From NCBI GenBank assembly GCA_965238075.1, contig OZ250173.1, forward strand, positions 64,001 through 128,000: a stretch of 64,000 nucleotides of DNA, in the 5' to 3' direction. Both the position numbers and the translations under genes were made by a program. The notes under the pieces were generated by a model, which worked only from the letters and a program-made list of their open reading frames with translations, ran no database searches and was not told the DNA's origin. Positions 19,560 through 29,212 of the stretch are shown piece after piece (positions within the stretch are counted from its first letter, which is position 1; each line of letters opens with the position of its first letter). Source of the DNA: Candidatus Entotheonellaceae bacterium. Its GTDB lineage: Bacteria > Tectomicrobia > Entotheonellia > Entotheonellales > Entotheonellaceae.

Positions 19560-20135
19560 ATGCAGGCAATCCAACGACCCGGGCGGTTTGTAGCCGCCCT
19601 GCTGTTGGCGGCGGTGCTGGTCTGTGGCGGCCTTAGCTCTGCCTCGGCCCTCCAGGTCGGGGACAAGGCGCCCGACTTCGCCCTGGCCGCGACTACCGCC
19701 GATGAGGTGAAGCTATCCGACTTTATCGGCAAGAAGCACGTGGTCATATTCTTCTACGTGGGCGCCTTCACCGGCGTTTGAACGCAGGAAGCGCTGGCCT
19801 TCCAACTTGACTTGCCCAAGTTCGAGGCCGCCAATGCCCAGGTACTGGGTATCAGCGTCGATTTCAACGATGCCAACAAAGCATGGGCCGAAAAGCTCGG
19901 TCTCACCTATCCGCTCCTTAGCGACATGTTCCGCGGCATGTCGAAGGTCTATGGCACCCTTTTCGATGACCCTGCCCTGCTGGAACAGGAGGGCTTCGGG
20001 CCGGTCATTTACCGGCGTAACCAGCGGGCTTTCATGATCATCGACAAGGAAGGCGTGGTGCGTTACAACAAGATCACGCCGCCTCTGGAACTCGTTCCCA
20101 ACGATGAACTTCTGGCGGTACTCAAGGGCCTGTAG
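19560..20135 (+). CDS. Exported AhpC/TSA (AhpE/BCP-like) peroxiredoxin, predicted selenoprotein, 191 aa
   Basis: VGDKAPDF...[13 protein letters not shown](19779-19781)-TQEALAFQ reads in frame into LGISVD...YPLLSD...[10 protein letters not shown]. Confidence 0.88.
19796..19829 (+). promoter_or_regulatory. Candidate SECIS hairpin
   Basis: GGCCT..AACTTG-loop-CAAGTT..AGGCC; loop begins 28 nt after the TGA; alternative short stem GGAAG/CTTCC. Confidence 0.35.
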
Positions 20136-20208
20136 CGGCCTTGAATGACGCCATCCTCTTCCGTCCGGGGTTGGCAGGAACGGCTCGCGCCAGCCCCGGC
20201 GGTTGGAT

Positions 20209-21141
20209 TTACGCAGGGCGATGAAAGACCGGTAAGACATTCTCGATGTAAGCCTCAAACGCCTCCCAATCAATGGGCGCACGGAAGGCGATGTTCAATC
20301 CCTCAGCGCCCGCATCCATATACTCTCCGATACGATCAATGACTTCCTGCGCCGTGCCGGTAAGTGCGCCCTGACGGCGGTCGGGGGTCATTTTTTCCAG
20401 CCTTTCCCCTGCCCTTCTGGCGCCGGCCTCGTCGGCAGCCATGAGGAAATGCAAATTGACACTGCGTGAAATACCGGCGGGGTCCCGTCCAAGCCTGTCG
20501 CAGGCCAGCTCCAACTGTTCCATCCGTTCCCGGAATTCTGCCGGCGACACGTAAGGCAGGTTGAACCCGTCGGCATATTGTGCGGCCATGCGCGGCGTGC
20601 GTTTGGGCCCGCGGCCACCGATCCAGATGGGCAACTTGCCGTTAACGGGCTTGGGGCCACACACAGCGCCCTGCACGTTATAGTATTTCCCCGTGAAATT
20701 GGTCACCGGCTCTTCGAACAACGACTTGATAATCTGGACCGCTTCTTCCATCTGGTCCAGCCGCTCCTTGAGCGGCGGAAAGCCGTAGCCGAACTCGCGA
20801 AATTCTTCCTCGAACCAACCCCCGCCCAGGCCCAGCTCGCAGCGCCCGCCGCTGATGTGATCGACCGTAATGGCTGCCTTCGCCAACAGGCCCGGATTGC
20901 GAAACAACGTGCAGAACACCAGGCAACCGACCCGCGCCCGGGACGTCACAGCCGCCAACGTTGCCATGGCGGCGACGGCCTCGAAGCAGGTGTTTTCCCG
21001 ACGCTCGAGCGGGTTGGCATAGAAGTGATCCCACACGGAAATCCAATGAAATCCGGCTTCGTCGGCCTGTTTCCACAGGCGCTTCAGGTCGTCCATGGGC
21101 AAGTCCTGCGGTCCTGCGTGCACGCCCAGCTTGATGCTCAT
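20209..21141 (-). CDS. LLM-class (putatively F420-dependent) oxidoreductase
   Basis: ISVWDHF, R.PGLLAK...DHISGGR.ELGLG.GW, PIWIGG.G. Confidence 0.88.
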   Translation of the reverse strand: MSIKLGVHAGPQDLPMDDLKRLWKQADEAGFHWISVWDHFYANPLERRENTCFEAVAAMATLAAVTSRARVGCLVFCTLFRNPGLLAKAAITVDHISGGRCELGLGGGWFEEEFREFGYGFPPLKERLDQMEEAVQIIKSLFEEPVTNFTGKYYNVQGAVCGPKPVNGKLPIWIGGRGPKRTPRMAAQYADGFNLPYVSPAEFRERMEQLELACDRLGRDPAGISRSVNLHFLMAADEAGARRAGERLEKMTPDRRQGALTGTAQEVIDRIGEYMDAGAEGLNIAFRAPIDWEAFEAYIENVLPVFHRPA

Positions 21142-21371
21142 TTTGCTGCTCCTTTTGCATAGGCCCTGTGGGGAGGTGCTTGGACTTTGATTAGGTTGCG
21201 GTGCATGAGGCGGCGCAGTATAGCATGGGGTTTTTTGGGCTTGCGCCCGTTTGCAAAATGCCGGCTTCCTACCTATTCTGGGCACTTGTCGGCCAATATG
21301 TTCCGCGGCCAACGCAACCGGCGGTAAGCATCCCGCCACGAGAAAACGAAGCCTGAATCGGGGAGGTATGG

Positions 21372-22373
21372 GTGGCAACGTTCAAAGTCGTTACAGGGAA
21401 GATGTCGGGGTTCTTGGCGGATCTCGGCGGGGCGAATTATGAGATGGAGCGCGAGGCCCTTGAACCCATCGGTGCGGAAATCATCGTTTTGGATGCCTCG
21501 GACGAGGACGCCTTCATCGCGCAAGCCAAGGACGCGGACGCCATCATCGGCCGCGGCGTGCGCCTGACGCCGAAAATTCTGGCGGCGCTGCAGAAATGTA
21601 AGGTCATCGCGGGTTCAGGCGTCGGTTTCGACTACGTGGACGTTCCGGCCGCCACGCGGGCGGGCATTGTCGTCACCAACGTGCCGGACGTGTTCATCGA
21701 AGAAGTCGCCGACCATGCCATGACGCTGCTGCTTGGTTGTTGGCGGCGCCTCATCACGCAGGACCGTATCGTGCGTGAGGGCCGTTGGGGCGAAGGCCGT
21801 GAGGAGCTATCCAAGCACGCGCGCCTGCAGGGACAGACCCTCGGTTTCGTCTCCTTCGGCAATATCCCGCGCTTGATCACCAAGCGCGCCAAGGCGTTCG
21901 GCCTGCAAGTTATCGCCTTCGACCCTTTCATTCACGAGCACGTCATGCAGCAATACGAGGTCGGCGTCACGGGCAGTCTGCAAGAGTTGTTGCAAGCCTC
22001 CGACTTTGTTTCTATGCACGTGCCGTTGTCCCCCACCACCCAGGCCATGTTCACGGAGCCGCATTTCCGCGCCATGAAGCCGACGGCGATTTTCATCAAC
22101 ACCGGTCGAGGTCCGACGGTAGACGAAAAGGCCCTGATCAAGGCGCTTCAGGAAGGGTGGATTGCCGGAGCCGGCCTTGACGTGTTCGAACAAGAGCCTG
22201 TGAGCACCGATAACCCGCTGCTCAAAATGGACAACGTCATCGTGTCGGCGCATGTGGCTTCCGCCTCCTCGCGCATGATGCCCGAGGCGCGTCGGCGGGC
22301 CGGGCGTGAGATCGCCGCCGTCCTTCAGGGGCGTCGGCCCCTCTCCCCGATCAATCCGCAGGTGCTGACATAG
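21372..22373 (+). CDS. D-2-hydroxyacid dehydrogenase (CtBP/SerA-like)
   Basis: EEVADH, INTGRG, LDVFEQEP, SAH; atypical SFGNIP nucleotide loop. Confidence 0.85.
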   Translation: MATFKVVTGKMSGFLADLGGANYEMEREALEPIGAEIIVLDASDEDAFIAQAKDADAIIGRGVRLTPKILAALQKCKVIAGSGVGFDYVDVPAATRAGIVVTNVPDVFIEEVADHAMTLLLGCWRRLITQDRIVREGRWGEGREELSKHARLQGQTLGFVSFGNIPRLITKRAKAFGLQVIAFDPFIHEHVMQQYEVGVTGSLQELLQASDFVSMHVPLSPTTQAMFTEPHFRAMKPTAIFINTGRGPTVDEKALIKALQEGWIAGAGLDVFEQEPVSTDNPLLKMDNVIVSAHVASASSRMMPEARRRAGREIAAVLQGRRPLSPINPQVLT

Positions 22374-22384
22374 GCGTGTAAACT

Positions 22385-23023
22385 TTAAGACGTTGGTTCA
22401 TTCAGCGTTGCCGCGATGCGGGCCGTCACGACCTCTGGAGCGGTGTCGCCGTCGATGCGCCTCAGCAGACCCTGCTGACTGTAGAACGGAATGATGGGTA
22501 TCGTTTCGGCGTGGTACTTTTCCAGGCGGGGTACGCAGGCCGCCTCGGTGTCGTCCCTGCGCTGCACGATGCGATCGGCAATGTCGGCTGGCGGTGGCCT
22601 GAACTGGACGTGGTAGATGTCGCCAGTCTCAGGGTCCATGCGCCGGCCGGTGACGCGCTCCAGAATGCGGCTATCCGGCACCTCGATCAGCACCACGGCG
22701 TCAAGGGTCACACCGACCTTTTGCAAATCGACCGCCAGCGCCTCGGCCTGTAGCCGGGTGCGTGGAAAGCCGTCCAGTATGAAACCTTTCGCACAATCCG
22801 GCTGCGCCGTGCGCTCAACGATCATCGCAATGACCAATTCGTCGGGCACAAGCTGGCCGGCCTTCATGAAGCCGTCCGCCTGCTTGCCCAGCGCCGTGCC
22901 GGCGACCACCGCGGCGCGCAGCATGTCGCCGCTCGAAATGTGCGGAATCTGAAATCGTTCCACCAGGTATTCGGCTTGGGTTCCCTTGCCCGCTCCTGGC
23001 GGACCGATCAGGATCAAACGCAT
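22385..23023 (-). CDS. adk: Adenylate kinase
   Basis: GPPGAGKGTQA, HISSGDMLR, LDGFPRT, QRRDD. Confidence 0.97.
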   Translation of the reverse strand: MRLILIGPPGAGKGTQAEYLVERFQIPHISSGDMLRAAVVAGTALGKQADGFMKAGQLVPDELVIAMIVERTAQPDCAKGFILDGFPRTRLQAEALAVDLQKVGVTLDAVVLIEVPDSRILERVTGRRMDPETGDIYHVQFRPPPADIADRIVQRRDDTEAACVPRLEKYHAETIPIIPFYSQQGLLRRIDGDTAPEVVTARIAATLNEPTS

Positions 23024-23275
23024 GTCGTATGCTCACTATCAGTTGGCTGTTTAAGGTGGGTGAAGGACTTGCTAACGGGAGCCGGAACGGTTGCAATCCG
23101 CTGCCACGCCGCCCCAATATACATAGGGGCTCGCTGCCTTGCTAGACCTGTGGATTGCAAAGCGTGTAGAATTGCTTTACCTCAAGCCGATTCCCGAGGG
23201 CATGGCGGCGCGGTTCAGAACTGGTCTCGATAACCTGACCGGGCAGATTAACATCTCACGCGTAAGGAGAGCGTT

Positions 23276-24424
23276 TTGCAGTACAACCTTATTTCCGGCG
23301 ACAACCATATTGACTTGACGTACTGTCCACGCGATTTGTGGTCGGCCGATGCGCCGGCCAAGTGGAGACTGCTCGTTCCGCGGGTGGAGGAACTGGATGA
23401 CGGCCTGCACTGGTTTGTGGAAGGCCAGGATAAGGGCATGTGGAACGGTGTCGGACCCGGTTTTCTGAAATACCAGAAGGGCATGTTTGCCCGCATCGAC
23501 ACCATGAAGGACCTCGGTTTCGAGTGGGGGCACGACCGGAGCGCCAGCCCGCGCCCGACCACCCCTGAACTGAGAATCGAAGACCTCGACCGTGACGGCG
23601 TTGATGCCGAAATCGTGTACGGCTGCCTGTTGGTCAATGATCTCATTCCCGACGGCGACCGCCGCGCCTGGGCATACCGGCGGTACAACGACTGGGTAGC
23701 GGATTTCGCCAAACGCTCCGACCCGAATCGCGTCTTCCCACTGGCCGTTATTCCGAACAATGATCCGCAGGAAGGTGCGGCAGAAATCCGCCGTTGCGCC
23801 AAGATGGGCCTCAAGGGCGGCGACTTGCCCGTCAAGCGGATGAGCGTGCCCCTGTGGCATCACGATTGGTACCACGTATGGGAAGCCGCTGCCGAGTGCA
23901 ACTTCCCCATCTCCTTCCACTCCACTGGCTTCAAGGGTCTGCGGGCGCCTGACACGCCGGGGATGGAGGAGGAATACGCGGTCGAATGGCGCCTGTTGCG
24001 CTCGGCGCTGTTCCAGTTGGACGGTATGGAAGTCCTCGTGTCCCTTATTATTTCCGGGGCCTGCGAGAAGTACCCCAACCTCAAGTTCATCCTCGGCGAG
24101 TCCGGCGTCACCTGGATACCGTACGTCTTGGATCGCCTGGATACCGAGTATGAAGACCGCGCCCGCGAGCTGGGCTTCTCGATGAAACCGAGCGATTACT
24201 TCCGGCGCAATGGCTTCACCACTTACCAGCAGGACCAGTTCATCTCGACGATCATCCCGCTGGTGGGCGAGGACAACATCATCTGGGGCGCGGACTACCC
24301 GCATCCGGATTGCATCTGGCCTGATTCACGGCACCACCTTGAGGTCAACCTCAGCGACGTGTCGGCCAGCGTGCAGCGCAAGATCACCTGCGAAAACGTG
24401 GTCAAGTTGTACGATCTCGCGTAA
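23276..24424 (+). CDS. Amidohydrolase_2-family protein
   Basis: ISGDNH, D.DGVDAE, SFH, WGADYPH. Confidence 0.85.
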   Translation: MQYNLISGDNHIDLTYCPRDLWSADAPAKWRLLVPRVEELDDGLHWFVEGQDKGMWNGVGPGFLKYQKGMFARIDTMKDLGFEWGHDRSASPRPTTPELRIEDLDRDGVDAEIVYGCLLVNDLIPDGDRRAWAYRRYNDWVADFAKRSDPNRVFPLAVIPNNDPQEGAAEIRRCAKMGLKGGDLPVKRMSVPLWHHDWYHVWEAAAECNFPISFHSTGFKGLRAPDTPGMEEEYAVEWRLLRSALFQLDGMEVLVSLIISGACEKYPNLKFILGESGVTWIPYVLDRLDTEYEDRARELGFSMKPSDYFRRNGFTTYQQDQFISTIIPLVGEDNIIWGADYPHPDCIWPDSRHHLEVNLSDVSASVQRKITCENVVKLYDLA

Positions 24425-24477
24425 GGAAGCTGCCGAGTCCGAGCGTCCGTACCTTGAATGACAACTGCCCAGGGGTG

Positions 24478-25482
24478 CTAGCCTCTGGGCAGTTGGTGCC
24501 TTGGATTGGGGTGGGCGAGGACGTCTTTGTTCACCAGATTCTCGGGCATCTTGCCTTGCAAGACCGCGGCCACTTCCCCTGCCGCGCGTTCCTCCAGTTC
24601 CAGCACCGCTTCTTCCGAGAAAAACGCCACGTGCGGCGTAATGATGGCATTCTCCATGCCTAGCAACGGGTGGTCCGGCGCCGGGTGCGCATCGACCAGC
24701 ACGTCAAGTCCAGCCCCTCCGATGCGGTTGTTGTTCAGCGCGTCGTACAGAGCGTCCTCGTCGATCAACGGGCCGCGCGCGCAATTGATCAGGAAAGCGG
24801 TCGGCTTCATGAGGCCGAGTTCCGCGGGCCCGATCAGATTGCGCGTCTCGGGGATCAGTGGTGAGTGCAGGGTCACGAAGTCCGATTCCTTCAGCAGCGT
24901 TGGCATATCCACCATTTTGCCGCCCAGTTTCTCCACTGTTTCGGCGGGCACGAACGGGTCACAGGCCAGGACCTCAAGCCCAAACGCCAATGCTTTCCTG
25001 CACACCGCCTGGCCGATTCGGCCAAACCCGACGATGCCGAGCTTCTTGCCGCGCAGCCTCATGATCGGCATGGTCAGAGACAGGCTGCTCCAGCCGGAGG
25101 TTTTGACCAGCCGGTCGAAATACGCAATGCGCCGGTTCCAGGTCATCAGCAGCCCCATGACGTGGTCGGAGACCTCCTCGACGCAGTAGTCCGGCACGTA
25201 AGTGACCGCCATGCCCAATTCCGTTGCCGTGTTCACCGCGATGTTGTCCACCCCGACGCCATAGCGCCCGACCACGACACATTTCTCCGCCGCCCGCAGG
25301 ACGGTTTCGGTAACCTGCGCGAAGCACGTCAGAATGCCGTCAACGTCCCTCGCAAATTCTGCAAGGGTGGCCTCGCTGCCGTCCGGCGCCACCACGAGTT
25401 CGGCGCCGATCTGCGCCAGCACCGCCTTCTCTGGCTCCACAGAGGGCCACACATAATCCGTCACCAGCACTTTGTAAGCCAT
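24478..25482 (-). CDS. D-2-hydroxyacid dehydrogenase (CtBP/SerA-like)
   Basis: GVGVDN, PDYC.EEV, GFGRIG, INCARG, TPH. Confidence 0.88.
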   Translation of the reverse strand: MAYKVLVTDYVWPSVEPEKAVLAQIGAELVVAPDGSEATLAEFARDVDGILTCFAQVTETVLRAAEKCVVVGRYGVGVDNIAVNTATELGMAVTYVPDYCVEEVSDHVMGLLMTWNRRIAYFDRLVKTSGWSSLSLTMPIMRLRGKKLGIVGFGRIGQAVCRKALAFGLEVLACDPFVPAETVEKLGGKMVDMPTLLKESDFVTLHSPLIPETRNLIGPAELGLMKPTAFLINCARGPLIDEDALYDALNNNRIGGAGLDVLVDAHPAPDHPLLGMENAIITPHVAFFSEEAVLELEERAAGEVAAVLQGKMPENLVNKDVLAHPNPRHQLPRG

Positions 25483-25523
25483 GGATTTTTCCTCAGTTCA
25501 AATGCTCCTTGGAATTGTTACTG

Positions 25524-26003
25524 CTATTCGGTACCGCAAAGGTCTTTGTTCCGGAGCAGCTTCTTGTGTGTAGAGGTGAAATTCTTGTTAGGGTTCCTTT
25601 TCACGTCGGTTGAATAAACCCTGCCCGGCGGACCATCGATGAATTTCTGATTTCGGAAATCATCCATCAGATCCCTATCGTTGGAGTACAATAGCCGCGC
25701 TCCACTAACGAAGGCCAAGGCGATAACATGAGGATCGTCCGACTTGGCTGTCGACTCGATCTCGATTTGCTCTGTTTTTCTATCAACTTCGTTTTTGTCT
25801 ATTGTTCTCATTTTCCCGGCCTGCTGGACCTGCATTGCCCACTGTCTGAAATCGGAATGCCTTTCGAGTTCCTCCAACAACTTGCCACCAACCACTAGCC
25901 GCCCACTCCCTTTGTTGAGCCAAGCAAAAAACCGCTCTCCTGCTGGCGGTAAACTGGGGCCGAATACCTCGTGGATGACGTTTGCGTCGACAATCGCGCA
26001 CAT
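25524..26003 (-). CDS. PIN-domain protein (putative RNase)
   Basis: IVDANV...E...DDPHVIALA...LYSND acidic PIN residues. Confidence 0.75.
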   Translation of the reverse strand: MCAIVDANVIHEVFGPSLPPAGERFFAWLNKGSGRLVVGGKLLEELERHSDFRQWAMQVQQAGKMRTIDKNEVDRKTEQIEIESTAKSDDPHVIALAFVSGARLLYSNDRDLMDDFRNQKFIDGPPGRVYSTDVKRNPNKNFTSTHKKLLRNKDLCGTE

Positions 26004-26006
26004 TCT

Positions 26007-27389
26007 TCAGGTCCTTATAGATTGTCTCTTCCATAGTGACCTCGCCGTTTCTTCCAGGAAAAAACTTCGATAGCCATCGGGGGCGCCTAAGATGTTTCCT
26101 TCTTCGTCGATTCGGAGCGAGTGAATACGAACGTCCAGATCGCCACGTTCAAAGAAGAGAATGGATACGTCATCGGGCTTCAACCCGGTCGTACCGTCGC
26201 GGACGTCCATCCGTATCCGGTCGAGCAAATGGTCGCTATGGGTTTCGACAATCAACTGGCGGTCTGGGCTGGCAACCTGACAGAACAGGGTTCCAAGAGC
26301 TGCCTGCGCGCTCGGATGAAGATGTACCTCCGGCTGCTGTAGCAGGAACATTGATGGGGCGTCTGGTCGCAGCAATTCGGTTATCAACGGCAGAACCTGG
26401 CTGACACCGTATCCCATGTCGATGAGGTTGCGCTGTGGTCCTCTCAAACGCTTTCCGAATCTTCTGACTTGTAGTTGGAAGGGTTCACTTTCTCTGTTAC
26501 CGAGCGGACGGATGGATATTTCATCAAAGAGACCCGCCGCCTTTCCGAATTCCTCCAGTTGTTTTTTGAGAGCCCCCCACACCTTCTTGTTTTGGAAAAA
26601 CATATTGGCAAGAAACATGGGAACATATTCGCCTTCCGGGTCAGGTATGGAACGTGATGGATCATAAGTTCGACGCGGTTTCGAGCGGACAGGCGCGCTT
26701 GCGAAAGACAACGTTCTGAAAGACCGGAATCCGGAGAACATGAGCCTTCTGCCCATTTCTTCGTCCTCGGAACTAAGCGGGGGGGAGCCCGAAAGCGGTA
26801 CGAATTCCGAAAGTCCTGCCCGCTGAGCCTCCGAAAACAATAGCCTTGGGGCAAAATACATCATAAATGACCGGCCCACGTCGGTCTCGAAATCAAACGT
26901 GCCACTGACGTCGACAGGTAGTTTCCTCCTCTCCCAACTCCCCCTGGAGGTCCCAAAACGAAGGATGAAAGGCTGACCCGATTCAAAATGTTCGTCAGTC
27001 CAGATGTCCCCCATTGCTTGTTGTCTTCTAATCGGGGTCGGCGTCGTTCCCATTTTTCCAAACGTGACACTAAAATGGCGTGGAATGTTCTCCGCGGAGT
27101 CATCTCCCAGATTCGGTTCCATAACGCTAAAACCTGCTTTGAAAGTGTCAGCCCTGCCGCCTTTAGTGCCTCGGTGATGGGCGATTTCGTCGAAGCTTCC
27201 CAAATCATAAGGATCTTCCTTAAAATCTGGATTCCGAAAGTCGATAGCGATGTCTAGAAGAGCTTTAATCATGGCGAGAAACGACGTTTTGCCAGTGCTG
27301 TTTTCCCCCACAAGCAGAGTCAAGGGCGCTAGGCGAGCAGTCTGCTCATCGCGGAAGCATCGGAAGTTTTCGAGGATGATTTCGTACAT
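26007..27389 (-). CDS. ABC-fold AAA ATPase (AAA_15/AAA_21, DUF3696-like C-terminus)
   Basis: LENFRCF, GENSTGKT, MGYGVSQ, LLQQPEVHLHP, VETHS; ATG 27389 with GGAGG RBS. Confidence 0.85.
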   Translation of the reverse strand: MYEIILENFRCFRDEQTARLAPLTLLVGENSTGKTSFLAMIKALLDIAIDFRNPDFKEDPYDLGSFDEIAHHRGTKGGRADTFKAGFSVMEPNLGDDSAENIPRHFSVTFGKMGTTPTPIRRQQAMGDIWTDEHFESGQPFILRFGTSRGSWERRKLPVDVSGTFDFETDVGRSFMMYFAPRLLFSEAQRAGLSEFVPLSGSPPLSSEDEEMGRRLMFSGFRSFRTLSFASAPVRSKPRRTYDPSRSIPDPEGEYVPMFLANMFFQNKKVWGALKKQLEEFGKAAGLFDEISIRPLGNRESEPFQLQVRRFGKRLRGPQRNLIDMGYGVSQVLPLITELLRPDAPSMFLLQQPEVHLHPSAQAALGTLFCQVASPDRQLIVETHSDHLLDRIRMDVRDGTTGLKPDDVSILFFERGDLDVRIHSLRIDEEGNILGAPDGYRSFFLEETARSLWKRQSIRT

Positions 27390-27545
27390 GTCAGTAAACC
27401 CTCCATGACCGCGGTACAGCGAGCACGGCACGTAGCAGGCACTTTCCCCAAACGCATGCGAACACAGAGTCCCATATGCGGACGAGTCACACGAAGTACG
27501 AGCTACTATTTCCACAGTCCAAAGAGTTTGGGGCCCCAATGGGCT

Positions 27546-29171
27546 TTACAGGCCAAGTGGTTCGCCCATAGGATTGAACATACAGCCCTCGACAAAGATG
27601 TCGAAGAAATCCGGAGTGGTTTCCAACTCGATGTGTTCGATCTGAGGCGCCAGGGCTTCCATGCGTTGCCGCAGGTCGCTGTTACTCAGCATAAGGGTCG
27701 CGCCTTCCAGGGAGGCGTTACCGACTTTGGCGATGCGTTCGGTGGGCATGTTGGCGATGAAGCCAATGTCGATGGCATTCTCGACGTTGATGTAGTTGGC
27801 GAAGCCACCGGCCAGATACAGCTTTCGGATCTCGCCCAGCGGCACCCCGTAGCGCCGCAGCGCGATGTACTGACCCGAGAAGTTGGCCGACTTGGCCTGC
27901 GCCAGGGCGCTGATGTCGGCGCGCGACAACGACATGCCGCTGTCCGGCACGAAGACGAAGGCCTGCTCACCACTCTCGTAAACGCCGAGTTCGTTCATTT
28001 TGCCGCTGCGCCGCAGTTCTGCCAGCAGGTCGACGAGGCCGGAGCCGCAGATACCCTGAGCCGGCGTCCCGCCGATCGTCTTGCAGGTGACACCGTCGTC
28101 GCCGATGGTCACGGACTCGACGGCGCCGTTGTAACCGGGCATGCCGTACGTTACCTCCCCGCCCTCGAAGGCCGGACCCGCCGGGCACGACGCCGCGATC
28201 ATACGGTGACGGTTACCGACAACGACTTCCGTATTGGTCCCGACGTCCACCAGCAGAACAACGTCGTCTTCCTGGTCCAGACCCACGGCGAGCAGATCGG
28301 CCGCTACGTCGGCGCCGACGTGTGAGCTGATGAGCGGTCCGCCGTAGACGTTGGCACGTGGAAAAATTCGTAGCCCCAACTCCTTGGCTTTGACGTTCAG
28401 CGCGGTGGTCGCCCGCTGACCCGCCAGCATTTCCAGTTCGGTAACGGACTTGTAGGGTTTCTCGCCGATCGGCTGGACGTCGAATCCGAAGAACAGGTCC
28501 CGCATGGTGGCATTGCCGACGATGACCATCTCGTATATTCGCCGCGCTCGCACCTTGAGGCGCCGGCACATATCCCTTATCTCAAAGTTGATGCCGGACA
28601 AAATGGCCTGTTGCAGCTCACCCCGGAACGGCCCGCCGTCGTAGGATATGCGGTGCATGATATCGCTGCCGCCAAAGCGTTGCGGGTTTTCGAACGAGCC
28701 TGTGTACAGGATGTCGCCGCTTTCCAGGTCGACCAGATTCAGCGCGACCGTCGTGGTGCCGAGGTCCACCGCTAACCCGCAAATCTGACCCCGGTAGTCG
28801 TCGAGGCGCTCGGCACCGAAATACACGCCGTCGTCCCTGCGAATGGACAACGGCGCCAGCGGCACTTGGCGCCGGATACCATGCGTCAGAATCTTCGGTT
28901 GGCGCCGCAACACGGCAAATTCGATATCGGCATCGGGCTCGGCGATCAAGGCTTGGCAGGCAAGGCGGTACGGCTGGCGCAGGAAGCTTTCCGCCTGGGT
29001 CGGGGAATTGAGCGCTGGCATGCCGCGTTTGATTTCGACAATGCACTCGTGGCACTGACCGGTTCTGCCGCACGAGGTGGGCACGCGGACTTTCAAGGTG
29101 TCGGCGTAGTCGAAAACGGACTTGCCGGCAACGGCATCGAGCCGGTGGGAGTCGTGATACATGGGTGCCAT
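27546..29171 (-). CDS. ASKHA reductive activator of corrinoid proteins (RACE/RamA-like) with an N-terminal 2Fe-2S domain
   Basis: CGRTGQCHEC...LAC; DLGTTT, NPQRFGGSD, DVGTNTE, AGPAFEG, GICGSG. Confidence 0.9.
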   Translation of the reverse strand: MAPMYHDSHRLDAVAGKSVFDYADTLKVRVPTSCGRTGQCHECIVEIKRGMPALNSPTQAESFLRQPYRLACQALIAEPDADIEFAVLRRQPKILTHGIRRQVPLAPLSIRRDDGVYFGAERLDDYRGQICGLAVDLGTTTVALNLVDLESGDILYTGSFENPQRFGGSDIMHRISYDGGPFRGELQQAILSGINFEIRDMCRRLKVRARRIYEMVIVGNATMRDLFFGFDVQPIGEKPYKSVTELEMLAGQRATTALNVKAKELGLRIFPRANVYGGPLISSHVGADVAADLLAVGLDQEDDVVLLVDVGTNTEVVVGNRHRMIAASCPAGPAFEGGEVTYGMPGYNGAVESVTIGDDGVTCKTIGGTPAQGICGSGLVDLLAELRRSGKMNELGVYESGEQAFVFVPDSGMSLSRADISALAQAKSANFSGQYIALRRYGVPLGEIRKLYLAGGFANYINVENAIDIGFIANMPTERIAKVGNASLEGATLMLSNSDLRQRMEALAPQIEHIELETTPDFFDIFVEGCMFNPMGEPLGL

Positions 29172-29212
29172 GCAGGCGTCTTCCTATGGAAGGTCTGTTA
29201 AGTCCGCCTGCA

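Noticed and set aside
18970-20135. Reading the two TGA-broken genes as pseudogenes or as a genetic-code reassignment
   Set aside because: Both TGAs fall precisely on catalytic Cys codons with no other decay, and TGA is a normal stop for many other genes here (e.g. xoxJ, pqqC)
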